A stretch of 34,711 nt of DNA. Source: Octopus sinensis (Eukaryota). The stretch is taken from contig NW_021832025.1 in the NCBI RefSeq assembly GCF_006345805.1, positions 1 to 34,711 on the forward strand, in the 5' to 3' direction. Positions 23,778 through 34,711 of this stretch are shown in pieces. Within the stretch, counting starts at the first letter, position 1. Each line of letters begins with the position of its first letter. The notes under the pieces are model-generated. The model worked only from the letters and a program-made list of their open reading frames with translations. It was not told the origin of the DNA and did no database searches. A program made the translations under genes and the position numbers.

Positions 23778-24223
23778 AACAACAAACAAGATGAGGACAA
23801 ATATACGTAAAATGTAAATAATATAATTAACGTACACAATTCCCCATCTCTTCAATATAGAACTGTATAACAGATAGGTGTTGTAATGAATGACTGTTAG
23901 AGCAGAAACGGCGCGAGACCGGGGGCGTCAAAGCCGAGTCTAATATCTCGGAGATTCTCCGTGAATGGGTCACCCAAGCGACGTCCCTTTTCACCGATTT
24001 ACAGAGGACAGAAAGAACAGAAAAGGAAGTTAATGACGTTGTTAGAAGTGCAAGTAAAGGAGTTAGTGATATAATAGGGACGATGATGGGTGTCTGTTAG
24101 GATGGTGGTGTTGGGGAGGTAGGGGCCAGCGGCAGCGTGGATGGCAGCAAGAGAACGAGCCAGATTGAGAGGTGGAGTTAGGGAAGGAACTGGGGATCAT
24201 GAGGTCACTAGTTTGTGGGCTCG

Positions 24224-24302
<79 letters not shown>

Positions 24303-24361
24303 ATAGTAGTAGTAGTAGTAGTAGTAGTAATATTGTTGTTGTTGTTGCAGCTGTTGTTGTT

Positions 24362-25258
24362 GTTGTTTATTGTCTTTACACAGCTTCTAGTGCTGGAGAT
24401 GTACTACGGTGCTAGCTGTTCACTACTAGTGAACTAAAGTAACCCCCATTATTTTTAGCGCACCATCCAGAGTATTCGAGCGGCTCCAAGCAGTGCTGTT
24501 TTCTGCAAGTGCTCCACCCTTATTGCAACCCCTATTTCTTCCATGTACTTCCCAAGATTTTTATTCACTTCCCTGGGCTCCGACTGTTGTTGGTATTACT
24601 ACCACCTTTTCCATCGACCTTAACCGCTTAACCTCCCTAGCTAACTTATCATATCCATCGACTTTTCTTTCTTCCTTATTGGATACCTTGTTGTCAGCTG
24701 GGCATGCTATATCTATGATCCAGCATCGTTTGATCCAATTCTATGATCCAATTCTCTATCTCATGGTCCTACTGAATCATGAAATTCCAGAGGATTTTTG
24801 CATTAATATTTTCTATGATGTCCTCGGGCTTATGTTCGTACCACTTTTTGCTCTGTCAAGTCCATACTTTTTGCAAAGTGTCCAATGGAGAATCCTTGCT
24901 ATATTGTCATGGCGTCTCATATTCTTTCTGAGCTGGTGGCGTATATTGACTGGTAATATGCCATACGGTTTCACTATTTTGTCCACAGATTCTGCACTTA
25001 TAATTTTTCTGATGTGTTGTCTATTCTGTATTTGATGTAATTCATTCTTAGTGTTTGTTCTTGGGCAGCACAGATTAGAGCTTCCGTTTCCGGTTTTAAA
25101 TCCATTTTAGCTATCCATAGCCATACTTGTTCTCTGTCTGTCTTATCTTCAATATCCCAATGGAATTGTCCATGCATTCTATTCTTTATCCACATATTTT
25201 CAGCTTCATTCATTCTCAAATGCTTGTACAGTGCAATAACATTGCAATTTCCATCCTA
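24362..25258 (-). mobile_element. 5'-truncated, degenerate R4/Dong-type LINE (second family)
   Basis: MHGQF, LKPETEALICAAQEQTL, CRICGQNSETVWHI, and a downstream RLE remnant. (TAA)n lies at the 5' junction and trinucleotide tracts at the 3' junction. Confidence 0.85.
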
Positions 25259-25259
<1 letters not shown>

Positions 25260-25341
<82 letters not shown>

Positions 25342-25471
25342 TATTATTATTATCATTATTATTATTAACATTACTATTGTTATTATTACTATCATTATTA
25401 TTATTGTTGTTGTTATTAGTATTATAGTTGTTGTTGTTATTATTATTATTATTGTTATTATTATTATCATT
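25260..25471. repeat. (TTA)n microsatellite
   Basis: Read directly. Confidence 0.97.
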
Positions 25472-28400
25472 CAGTAGTTTCATTTTTATAGCGTGCTTTC
25501 ACTTCACTACCGAGCGCAGCTCTGTGTGCCTTGGGTATGTGCTGTGATTTGTTGTGATGCTCTGATGGTTATTGTATGGAAAGTGTTCTGCGTAGGATGT
25601 GTGCAGTGCCTAGTAGTGCAATTTTCTGTATGTTATATGTGTTTGTAAGTCCCGGTGTTTTTGTTATGTATTTGTCTGAATATTATTTTATTTTGCCTAA
25701 TGCACCTATTATGATAGGAATTGTTTCTGTTTTTAGATTCCACATTCTAGTTACCTCTATTTTCAGGTCTTTGTATTTTGAAAGTTTCTCCATTTCTTTT
25801 AGAGACACGTTGCCATCCGCTGGTATTGATACATCAATTAGAAAACAGTTTTTTTTCTTCGTGATCTCTGACAACTATATCTGGTCTGTTGGCCTTAATT
25901 TCTCTATCTGTGTGTATCGGCATATCCCAGAGTATGGTTGCTTTCTCGTTTTCTGTGACATTTTCTGGTGTGTGCCTATACCATCTTTTTTCTGTTGTTA
26001 TTCCATAATGTTGGCATAGTTTCCAGTGTATATAGGTCCCAACTCTGTCGTATCTGTGAATATATTCCTTCTTAGCCAGGACTGGGCAGCCAGAGATAAT
26101 ATGATTTATTGTTTCTTGTCCATCTCCACATATTCTGCAGTTACTTGTTATATTTCTTTTCATTACATGTTTTTGGTAATTTCTGGTGGGGAGGCTTTGG
26201 TCATGTGCTGCAATTAAAAATCCCTCTGTCTCTGCTTTGAGTCCTGAGCTTCTCAACCATTGCTGGGATTTTTCTTTGTCTATTTCTTTTGCGTTTAGTT
26301 TAGTCCAGCATTTACCATGAAGGGGCTTTTCTTGCCATCGTTTTATCATGGTTCTTTGCTCTTCTAGTTTTAGTTTGGATTTCATTTGTTTTATAGATTT
26401 TGTTATTTCTTCATCTTCTTCTTCTTCATATTTATTAGGTGGTATGATTTCTTGTTTGTATATGTCAGCTTCCTTAAATACTGAGAACAGTTTTTTGTTT
26501 TGCTCGTGTTTTGCCGCTATTTGTATCAGTTTTCCTTCCTTCTGAAGTAGATATTTTTGCAGTCCTATGATGGTTGTTTTATAGTAGTTTTCCAGCTGTA
26601 TAAGTCCTCTACCACCTTCTATACGTTGTATATATAGTCTTTCTATGTCAGATTTTGGGCGATGCATCCTGGATCCTGTCACTATTTTTCTTGTTTTCCT
26701 ATCTATTTTGGTCAGTTCATTTAGTGTCCAGTTAAGGATATTGTAGCTGTAACTTATAACTGGGACTGCTAAAGTGTTAATACCTATTATCTTGTTTTAG
26801 CATTGAGCTCTGTTTTAGTATTGATCTAACTCGTCTATAATATTCTTTTTTTATTTTCTCTTTCATTTGTGTTGTTGTGTCTTATCTAGTTCATGGATTC
26901 CTAAGTATTTGTAAGTTTGGCTTTGGTCTAATTCTTTTATTTCATTGGTTTTATCTAGTGTGATGTTGCTACTCTTACTAGTTTTCTCTTTTCATGGTTA
27001 CTTTGGCGCATTTTTCTAATCCAAATTTCATATATATTTCTTTGGTAAATCCATGAACTGTCTTTAATAGTGTTTCCAGCTGTTGTCATTTGCAGCGTAT
27101 AGTTTTAGGTCATCCATATATAAAAGGTGGCTGATCGTTTTGCCGTAACATTTATATCCGCATCCAGTTCTATTTAGCATATCAGATAGAGGTGACAGTG
27201 CCAAGCAGAAAAGGAGTGGAGAGAGCGTATCTCCCTGGAATATTCCTCTTCTAATGGGGATGGCTTTGGTTTTCATGAGTCCCTCTTTTGTTTGGAGGTG
27301 TAGGACTGTTTGCCATTTATTCATAGAGTGTCCTATGAATTTTATAATTGTTGGTGCTACTTTGTTAATGGCTAGCGTTTCGAGGATCTATGTGTGGGGG
27401 ATGCTATCAAACGCCATTTTGTAGTCGATCCAGGCCATACGGAGGCCTTTCTTCTTTCTGTGGCTGTCTTCAGTTATGGCTTTATTAATCATTAGTTGAT
27501 CTTTACAGCCATATGAGCCTTTGCGGCATCCTTTCTGCTCTTCTGGAAACAGGTCGTTTTCGTCCAGGTGCTTGTTCAACCTTTGCGATATCACTGCAGT
27601 AAATGCCTTGTACATTGTAGGGAGACAGGTTATTGGTCTGTAGTTTTCTGGTTTTGCTGTCTCATTTGATTTGATGGTTTTCCCCTTCGTGAGCTATTCA
27701 GGCATTGTCTCTGGCTCTGCTAGTATGTTGTTAAAGTTTTGAGCCAGCTTTTTGTGCATTCCTGTTAGATATTTCAACCAGAAGTTTGGGGATCTTGTCA
27801 TGCCCAGGTGCCTTCCAGTTGCTTAATCTTTGCAGTGCCTGGGTGACCTCTTCAGTTGTTATGGGGGTCCAAAGTTGCTCAGATGCTGAGTTTGTTGTTT
27901 AATATTTTTTTTTTTTGGTTGTTCGTTCGCCGACCATATTTCTATCCAGAATTCTTCCACTTCTTCTGCCGTTGGTGCTGCAGTGATTTCTATTTTGGGG
28001 TTGGAGTTGAACTTTTTGTTTTGTTCAAAGAAGCGCTGGCGTTTTTCGTACCGGCGGATCCTTTGTGCTTTGGCAAGGATATCTTGCTGTAGCTTTTCTT
28101 TTATCTCAGGTAAATCTTTTTCTGTGATGTTGTATTTGCGGAGTATTTTTGTTTTCTTATTGTTGCTCAGTAGCGTTGATTGTCTACTGATTTCATTAAG
28201 AATCGACAGATCTTTTCGCAATTTTTGTATTTTGTTTTGGATGTTATTTATCCACAGGGTTTGTTTGGGTGGTGGTACTCCTGTTTGGATGGGTTTGGGT
28301 GAGTATCCAGCTTCTTTTGTGGCTGCAGTGGCTGCTGCGTATACTAAGTCATTTAGCTCAGTGATATCGCTTTTTGTTTCAGTGGCTATTAGCTCCGTGA

Positions 28401-29290
28401 CGGCTAGGTTTATGCTGTTTATAATTGGTGTTGTTGTTTCGTCTATTTTGATTTTTGGGAGGTATAGTCGGTGGTCCATTTTGAGCTCTGTGGTTTTTAG
28501 TTCTTTGATTATTCTACTTTTTATATTATCATAATCATTAGGCTCCCTTTCGTTGTTTTCAGGTTTTAGATTTGTGTCGCTTTCGTTTTCAAATTTATGT
28601 TTGTTTGTCGTGTTTTGGCTTGCTGTTTGTCGTGTATTATTATGCATCCTTACGGTCTGGGTTTGTTGTTTTTTGTTTACATCGTGTTTGTTGGGAATCT
28701 TACGTTTGTCATCGTGTTTTACTGTTTCAGTGTTTATATTTTTGGGCATTGTTGTGTGGTTCTATCTACAGTTTCCTGGTGTATTTTTTCTTTTAGATGT
28801 TCTATTTTTATTTCTGATATTTTTTGCGTTGAGAATGTATCTTCGTACGTTAGCTAGTTTATTAAGGTTCATTGCTGTATCCAAGTCTATATTTATGTTA
28901 TTTTCCTTCCATATTTTATATGTATGTGTTGCTGTGTTTTAATTTTTTGGGCAGAGCACTTGTGAAGTAAGCGTGTAGGATAGAAATGTACTCCTCACGT
29001 GTCCATTTATGTCTTTTGGGTTTTATTTGCGGTACATTATTTTGACGGTCGTCATTTTCGTAGGATACCGGTCCGTTAATTTCTGTTGTCACATTGTTTT
29101 GCACGTGTAGTTTTTCGTACATTTTATATTGTAAGTTTAAAGTACGTACTTCCCGATTGTTATTCTTGGGTTGAATAATATCGGTGTTATTTAATTTCTT
29201 CGTATTTTTTTTTGTACTTGGTGTTTGGGTGGGATGATCTGGTGTTGATGGATCGTAATGTATCACGCATGTTAATGTGTTTGTTGTTAG
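25472..29290 (-). mobile_element. Near-full-length, frameshifted R4/Dong-clade non-LTR retrotransposon (RT plus restriction-like endonuclease)
   Basis: N-terminal RHKWTREEY. RT motifs EQKGCRKGSYGCKDQL, WIDYKMAFDSIPH, GIFQGDTLSPLLF, LLYMDDLKLYA. CCHC CRICG..ETINHIISGC, then RYDRV, RPDIVV, LIDVSIP, EKLSKYKDL. The 3' end abuts (TAA)n and the 5' boundary is approximate. Confidence 0.93.
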
Positions 29291-29499
29291 AGGCGGAGAT
29301 GATATCGAGTTAAATACATATTTCGTTTCGAAAGAACAATAGTAATAAATTTAAGATGTAGTATTTTTAGTCGGATATAGTCTCAAAAATTTTCCTCTTT
29401 GCATAAAATTCTTTGCCTTCATTACGATGTCTTTTTTTCGATGTCTTGTGGATAGATTTCGGAGCTTCTGTTTTTTCGCTTCTCTTCTCTTCAAAACGT

Positions 29500-29702
29500 G
29501 TCTTCTTCTTTCTTGTGTTCTTCTTCTTCTCTTCTCTTCTTTCGTCTTCTTCTCTTCTTCTTCTTCTTCTTCTTCTTCTTCTTCTTCTTCTTCTTCTTCT
29601 TCTTCTTTTTCTTCTTCTTCTTCTTCTTCTTCTTCTTCTTCTTCTCTTCTTCTTCTTCTTCTTCTTCTTCTTCTTCTCTTGTCTTATTATTATTATTATT
29701 AA

Positions 29703-29751
<49 letters not shown>

Positions 29752-29752
29752 T
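29500..29752. repeat. (CTT)n followed by (TTA)n
   Basis: Read directly. Confidence 0.97.
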
Positions 29753-29864
29753 TCCTGATGATGATTAAAACTGTCAGCTCTGTGTTGCTCAGTATATTGG
29801 AATTTGTCAGGTGTTTATTGATCATGCTTTAAGAACCCTGCGGAGAACTTTTACAATTCCAAGC

Positions 29865-30110
29865 AATGGCGGTTTCTGTACGGCGGGATAACAGAATCAT
29901 TAGCTCGTTGAACTAAAGACATTTCAGCTTTTTTGTCTTGTCTCTTGTTTCTGTATTTTAATTCCACCGAGGTCGACTTCACCTTTCAACTTCCCAAGGT
30001 CGATAAAATAAGTACCACCAGTTGAGCACTGATTTCAAAATAATCCACTTACTCCCTATCCATGCCTCTTCCCCTAAAATCCAGTCTTCGTGCTTATAAT
30101 AGAAAATATT
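29865..30110 (+). mobile_element. Degenerate SINE-like repeat, family of 19760-19950
   Basis: CCACCGAGGTCGACTTCACCTTTC...GGTCGATAAAATAAGTACCA...GAGCACTG. Confidence 0.65.
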
Positions 30111-30152
30111 ATGTGTGTGGTCCCGTGTATATTTGCTAGTCTATGTGTTGTG

Positions 30153-30186
<34 letters not shown>

Positions 30187-30924
30187 TGTATGTGTGTGAG
30201 TGTGTTCGTATGATGCTTCTATGGTTTAGTTGGAGTAATATACGAAGCTGTTGAAGCTTTGTACTACTTTACTTATTTCGTTATTGTAGTGCAACAGATT
30301 TTCTTCGTACGTTACATGTAAAAATGCATTGCGCAATGCACACCTTGTCGATCTTGTTTTTCTCTCCATATTTCATACATGTTGGGCTTCATCAAGCAGA
30401 CCTGTAATCAAAGATATTACAGTGATGTCCATCTTGCTTTGTTTCTTTTATTCATGCAGATTCTACCATGCTTTATAGTATCAAATATCAAATACATTTA
30501 AGACGACAAGCTCTGCGCTGATGTCTATTTGTGTCCTATATTTTGAAAACCGAGCAGTGAGGCAGTGGTCGGGTCAATGGCTGATTGCACTTCAGATGTG
30601 TTTTATTATAGAAATACAGTGCAAGAATGAAGTGAAATTATTATTATGGAAATTGGCTGTTTGGTTCCATTGTATAATTTGTTATGATGTTAAGTCCCAG
30701 TTCAATATTTGGAGTTTATTGAAAATTCGATTTTGTTTTCCTTATTAACGCATACATTTGTTCAAAATGGTTTCGCCTCTCCAATGTGGCAAAGCGGACA
30801 AATGTGCTGACGCTGGAACTGCTGCTGTTTTTATGGTTACTAGATTTATTATTATTTCCATTTCAGTGTGATACCGTCGTTCACGATCACAATGATTATG
30901 AGACAACCAAGTTGGTAGTGAGGG

Positions 30925-31404
30925 TGATGATGAGGATTTGAATGATGATGTTGATGACGATGATGATGATCATCATCATCATGATAATCATGACGACGAC
31001 GACGATGATAATGAAATCAACAACGACGACGATGGTTATGATGATGATGATGAGGAGGAGGAGGGGGAGGAGGAGGATAAAAGGAAGAAAAAGAGGAGGA
31101 AGTTACCAACGATGACGTCGACGATGCCGATGATGATGGTGGTGAACGTAAAGAACGTGTTCATGGCGATGACGATGGTGATGAAAATGATGAAGACGAA
31201 AATGATGATGATGATGATGACCACGACGACGACAATGACGACGACGACGACGATTATGATGATGATGATGACGATGACGACGGCGATGACTATGCTGATG
31301 ATAATGATAATGATGATGATGACGACGACGACAACGATGGTGATGGAGACGATAACAATGACTACTGATTAACATCGCCGTCGCTTTTTTCGTCGTCGTC
31401 GTCG

Positions 31405-31440
<36 letters not shown>

Positions 31441-31441
31441 C
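30925..31441. repeat. Degenerate (GAT/GAC)n tract switching to (GTC/ATC)n
   Basis: Read directly. Confidence 0.9.
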
Positions 31442-31666
31442 TGCACTACTGATGACGTTTTCTTTCCTCGCAATTTGAAGTTAATTACGATTGTAGCGTA
31501 TTTTTTTCTCTCCAGTATTTGCGTTGGGTAGGAGGATTATGGTACCGACCTCGATACATTGTGATTCCAGTTCTGTTAATGACAATGCTTTGGTCACCAC
31601 ACTAACAGTAATAAGGTCGGAGTTGGTAGCTATAATATCAACAATAATAATACGATATTCCATTAG

Positions 31667-31705
<39 letters not shown>

Positions 31706-31727
31706 CATTATTATTATTATTATTATT

Positions 31728-32189
31728 GAGTGAGAGAGCAGTTCATGCCATCAAAGTGACACTGGGGTAAAATATACGAAGCCCAATATACCCATCATGA
31801 CTACCCGTCTGATAAGGGTACACCAGGCACATGCATCACAGCCATATGTGCGCGACATGGTGATCTCATATCATATAAACAGCGCATGACCTTGCAGGTG
31901 GGCCCCAGTTAGAATTTCTTCAGGTTGAGTAGCCCATCCCGCTCAAAAGGTCCCTGAATAGGGTTGTTTAAGGATGTTGAAAGAACCACCCATGTTTCCA
32001 GAGGTGAACTATTCAAACCCCAAAGAATCCCTCTCAACACATGGCTATGATGCTCCCCACTACTTCTGCTCGTGATCAGAGATGCACATATCGTCAGCCA
32101 CTAAGGGACATGCTCAACTGGTTAAGGTCAAACAACTGACAAGCAAATCTGTGGTATTGAGCAGAATATTTGCTGTAGCCCATCTTTTA

Positions 32190-32190
<1 letters not shown>
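31728..32190 (-). mobile_element. Non-coding interspersed element, copy 1 (truncated), in (TTA)n
   Basis: Collinear and highly similar to 32798-33265. TTA repeats lie on both sides. Strand is inferred from the side of truncation. Confidence 0.8.
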
Positions 32191-32264
<74 letters not shown>

Positions 32265-32294
32265 TTTTATGATCATTATTATTTATTATTATTA

Positions 32295-32666
<372 letters not shown>

Positions 32667-32797
32667 CATTATTATTTTTATTATTATTATTATTATTGTT
32701 ATTATTTTTATTATTATCATTACTTTTATTATTATTATTTTTTATTATTATCATTATTTTTATTATTATTATTATTATCATCATCATCATCATCATT

Positions 32798-33351
32798 GAG
32801 TGAGAGAGCAGTGCATGCCATCAAAGTGACACTAGGGTACACATATACGAAGCCCAATATACCCATTATGACTACCTGTCTGATAAGGGTACACCAGGCA
32901 CAAGTATCACAACTATATGTGCGCGGCATGGTGATCTCATATCATGATAAACAGCACATGCCCTTGCAGGTGGAGCCCAGTTAGAATTTTCTTGAGGTCG
33001 AGTAGCCCATCCCGCCCAAAAGATCCCTCAATAAGGGGTGTTTAAGGATGTTGAACGATCCACCTATGTTTTCAAAGGTAAATTATCGAAACCTCTAAGA
33101 ATTCCTTTCAACACAGGGCTATGATGCTTCCCCACTACTTCTGCTCATGATCAGAGATTCACATATCGTCAGCCGATAAGGGACATGCTCAACTGGTTAA
33201 GGTCAAACAACTGGCAAGCCAATCTCTGGTATTGAACAAAATATTTGCTGTAGCCCATCTTTTATACCAAGAGAAAACAATGTACATGAAAACACTTCCA
33301 ATCAGTTAAGATCAGAAACCACGAGAGCCACTGCCTGTTACTGCATCAGGG

Positions 33352-33353
<2 letters not shown>
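32798..33353 (-). mobile_element. Non-coding interspersed element, copy 2 (about 555 bp, possibly complete), in (TTA)n
   Basis: Same left junction (ATT|GAGTGAGAGAGCAG) as copy 1. It extends about 90 bp further and is followed by perfect (TTA)n. Confidence 0.8.
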
Positions 33354-33423
<70 letters not shown>

Positions 33424-33859
33424 AGATAATAATGGGTGATAATGATGATAACAAGCCTGGAGATTAAGAGGTGCCTGATTGTAGATTTTCAGGAGTTACT
33501 TTATTTTGTGCATAACCTTTACATACCTTGTAATTTACCCAGGCTGTATCGTAGTGTATATAAAATCAAATTAAAGAAACCTCTACGAAGTAACAGGACT
33601 ATTAATGCCGCGAACACAACTGTGCATGACCCCACCTTGCTCTTACTAATATCACCTCGACCACTACTGGCACTACCGCACTTGCAAAACCACCGCCACC
33701 ACCATCGTCGCCGCGTTTGCCACGACTATCACCCACCACAATCTGCGCCAACCCTAACGCCAGCAACGTTATTGCAGAGATAGCAATCAATGGTGTTTGA
33801 GGCCGTGATGGCATGGGAATTAGGAATTTGTAGTTTCCTTGGGAACACCGTTTGCTCTT

Positions 33860-34592
33860 GTGACGATGCTGGTGGTTGTAGTGGTGGTTATGGTGGTGGA
33901 GATGATGATGATGATGATGATGATGATGATCAAGATTATGATGATGATCATGAGGAAGAAGAAGAAAGTGAAAGTGGTGGTGGCGTTGGTGTTGTTGTTG
34001 TTTGTGGTGGTGGTTGTAGTTGTGGGTGATAACGAGATCCAAAATCCTGATTACCATGATGAGTTGATAATGATCACGATTATCATTATTATCATGAAGA
34101 TAACAATTACAGTAATTACAAAGATGATGATGTATTTGATGATGATGACGACGATGATGATGATGATGGTGGTGATGGTTGTGCTGGTGGTGGTGGTGGT
34201 GGTGGTTGTGCTGGTGGTGGTGGTGGTGGTAGTGGTTGTGCTGGTGGTTGTGCTGGTGGTGGTTGTGCTGGTGGTGGTGGTGGTGGTGGTGGTGACGACG
34301 ACGACGACGATGATGATGATGATGGTGGTGGTTGTGCTGGTGGTGGTGGTGACAACGACGACGACGACGATGATGATGATTACGAGGACTAGGATGATGA
34401 TGATGATGGTGGTGATGATTATGATGATGATGATGATGATTACGAGGACTAGGATGATGATGATGATAATGATGATGATGATGATGATGATTATTTCGAG
34501 GACTAGGATGATGATGATGATGATTGATGATGATGATGATGATGATGATGATTACGAGAACTATGATGATGATGATTATTATTACGAGAACT

Positions 34593-34623
<31 letters not shown>

Positions 34624-34625
34624 CA
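33860..34625. repeat. (GAT)n/(GGT)n tracts with higher-order units
   Basis: GGTTGTGCTGGTGGT and GATTACGAG(G/A)ACTA(G)GATGAT are repeated. Confidence 0.9.
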
Positions 34626-34711
34626 ACTGTGATGGTAATATTGGTAGCGTTGATGATGATAATGCTTTTGATAATGGCGGCAGCAGTTTCCTTAGCGTAG
34701 ACGACATCAAC

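Larger units (their letters stand above)
22857..24213 (-). mobile_element. Second copy of the GIY-YIG Penelope family (homologous to about 14190-15270), split by an insertion at about 23580-23867
   Basis: The minus strand of 23868-24213 matches about 14190-14520 (CCHPRC, FTCTSNNVI). The minus strand of 22857-23579 matches about 14520-15270, including the hammerhead-like motif. Confidence 0.85.

Noticed and set aside
24493-28942. Hydrophobic plus-strand ORFs resembling membrane proteins
   Set aside because: They are antisense to the A-rich R4/Dong coding strands.
30938-31372. 144-aa Asp/His/Met-rich ORF resembling a biomineralisation protein
   Set aside because: It is a GAT/GAC repeat tract with frame drift, a TTG start and an in-frame stop just upstream.
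34378-34600. Regularly spaced repeats superficially like a CRISPR array
   Set aside because: The spacers are (GAT)n, the context is eukaryotic, and there are no cas genes.

Overview
AT-rich, microsatellite-dense animal genomic DNA. The SINE and LINE content resembles octopod cephalopods, which is my inference from recalled repeat families and is not verified. No intact host gene is recognisable. The identifiable content is decayed retroelements: a CR1/L2-type LINE 3' end (1-1227), a Tx1/L1-clade LINE between two (GATA)n tracts (4171-6294), a near-full-length R4/Dong-type RLE LINE and further R4/Dong fragments in (TAA)n tracts (24362-32590), several Penelope-like (PLE) fragments, and tRNA-type SINEs. 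Most ORFs in the track are translated microsatellites. The most interesting signals are non-coding. At least four distinct families of minimal hammerhead-ribozyme motifs occur, one in a non-coding 551-bp tandem/inverted retrozyme-like unit (15791-16810). A ~555-bp non-coding element is inserted twice into (TAA)n and may be a Dong parasite. The Tx1 element may be (GATA)n-specific. A LINE and a SINE share a 3' tail with a covarying hairpin, and there is a ~540-bp foldback. Element classes appear to partition among microsatellite types. All alignments and folds were done by eye.
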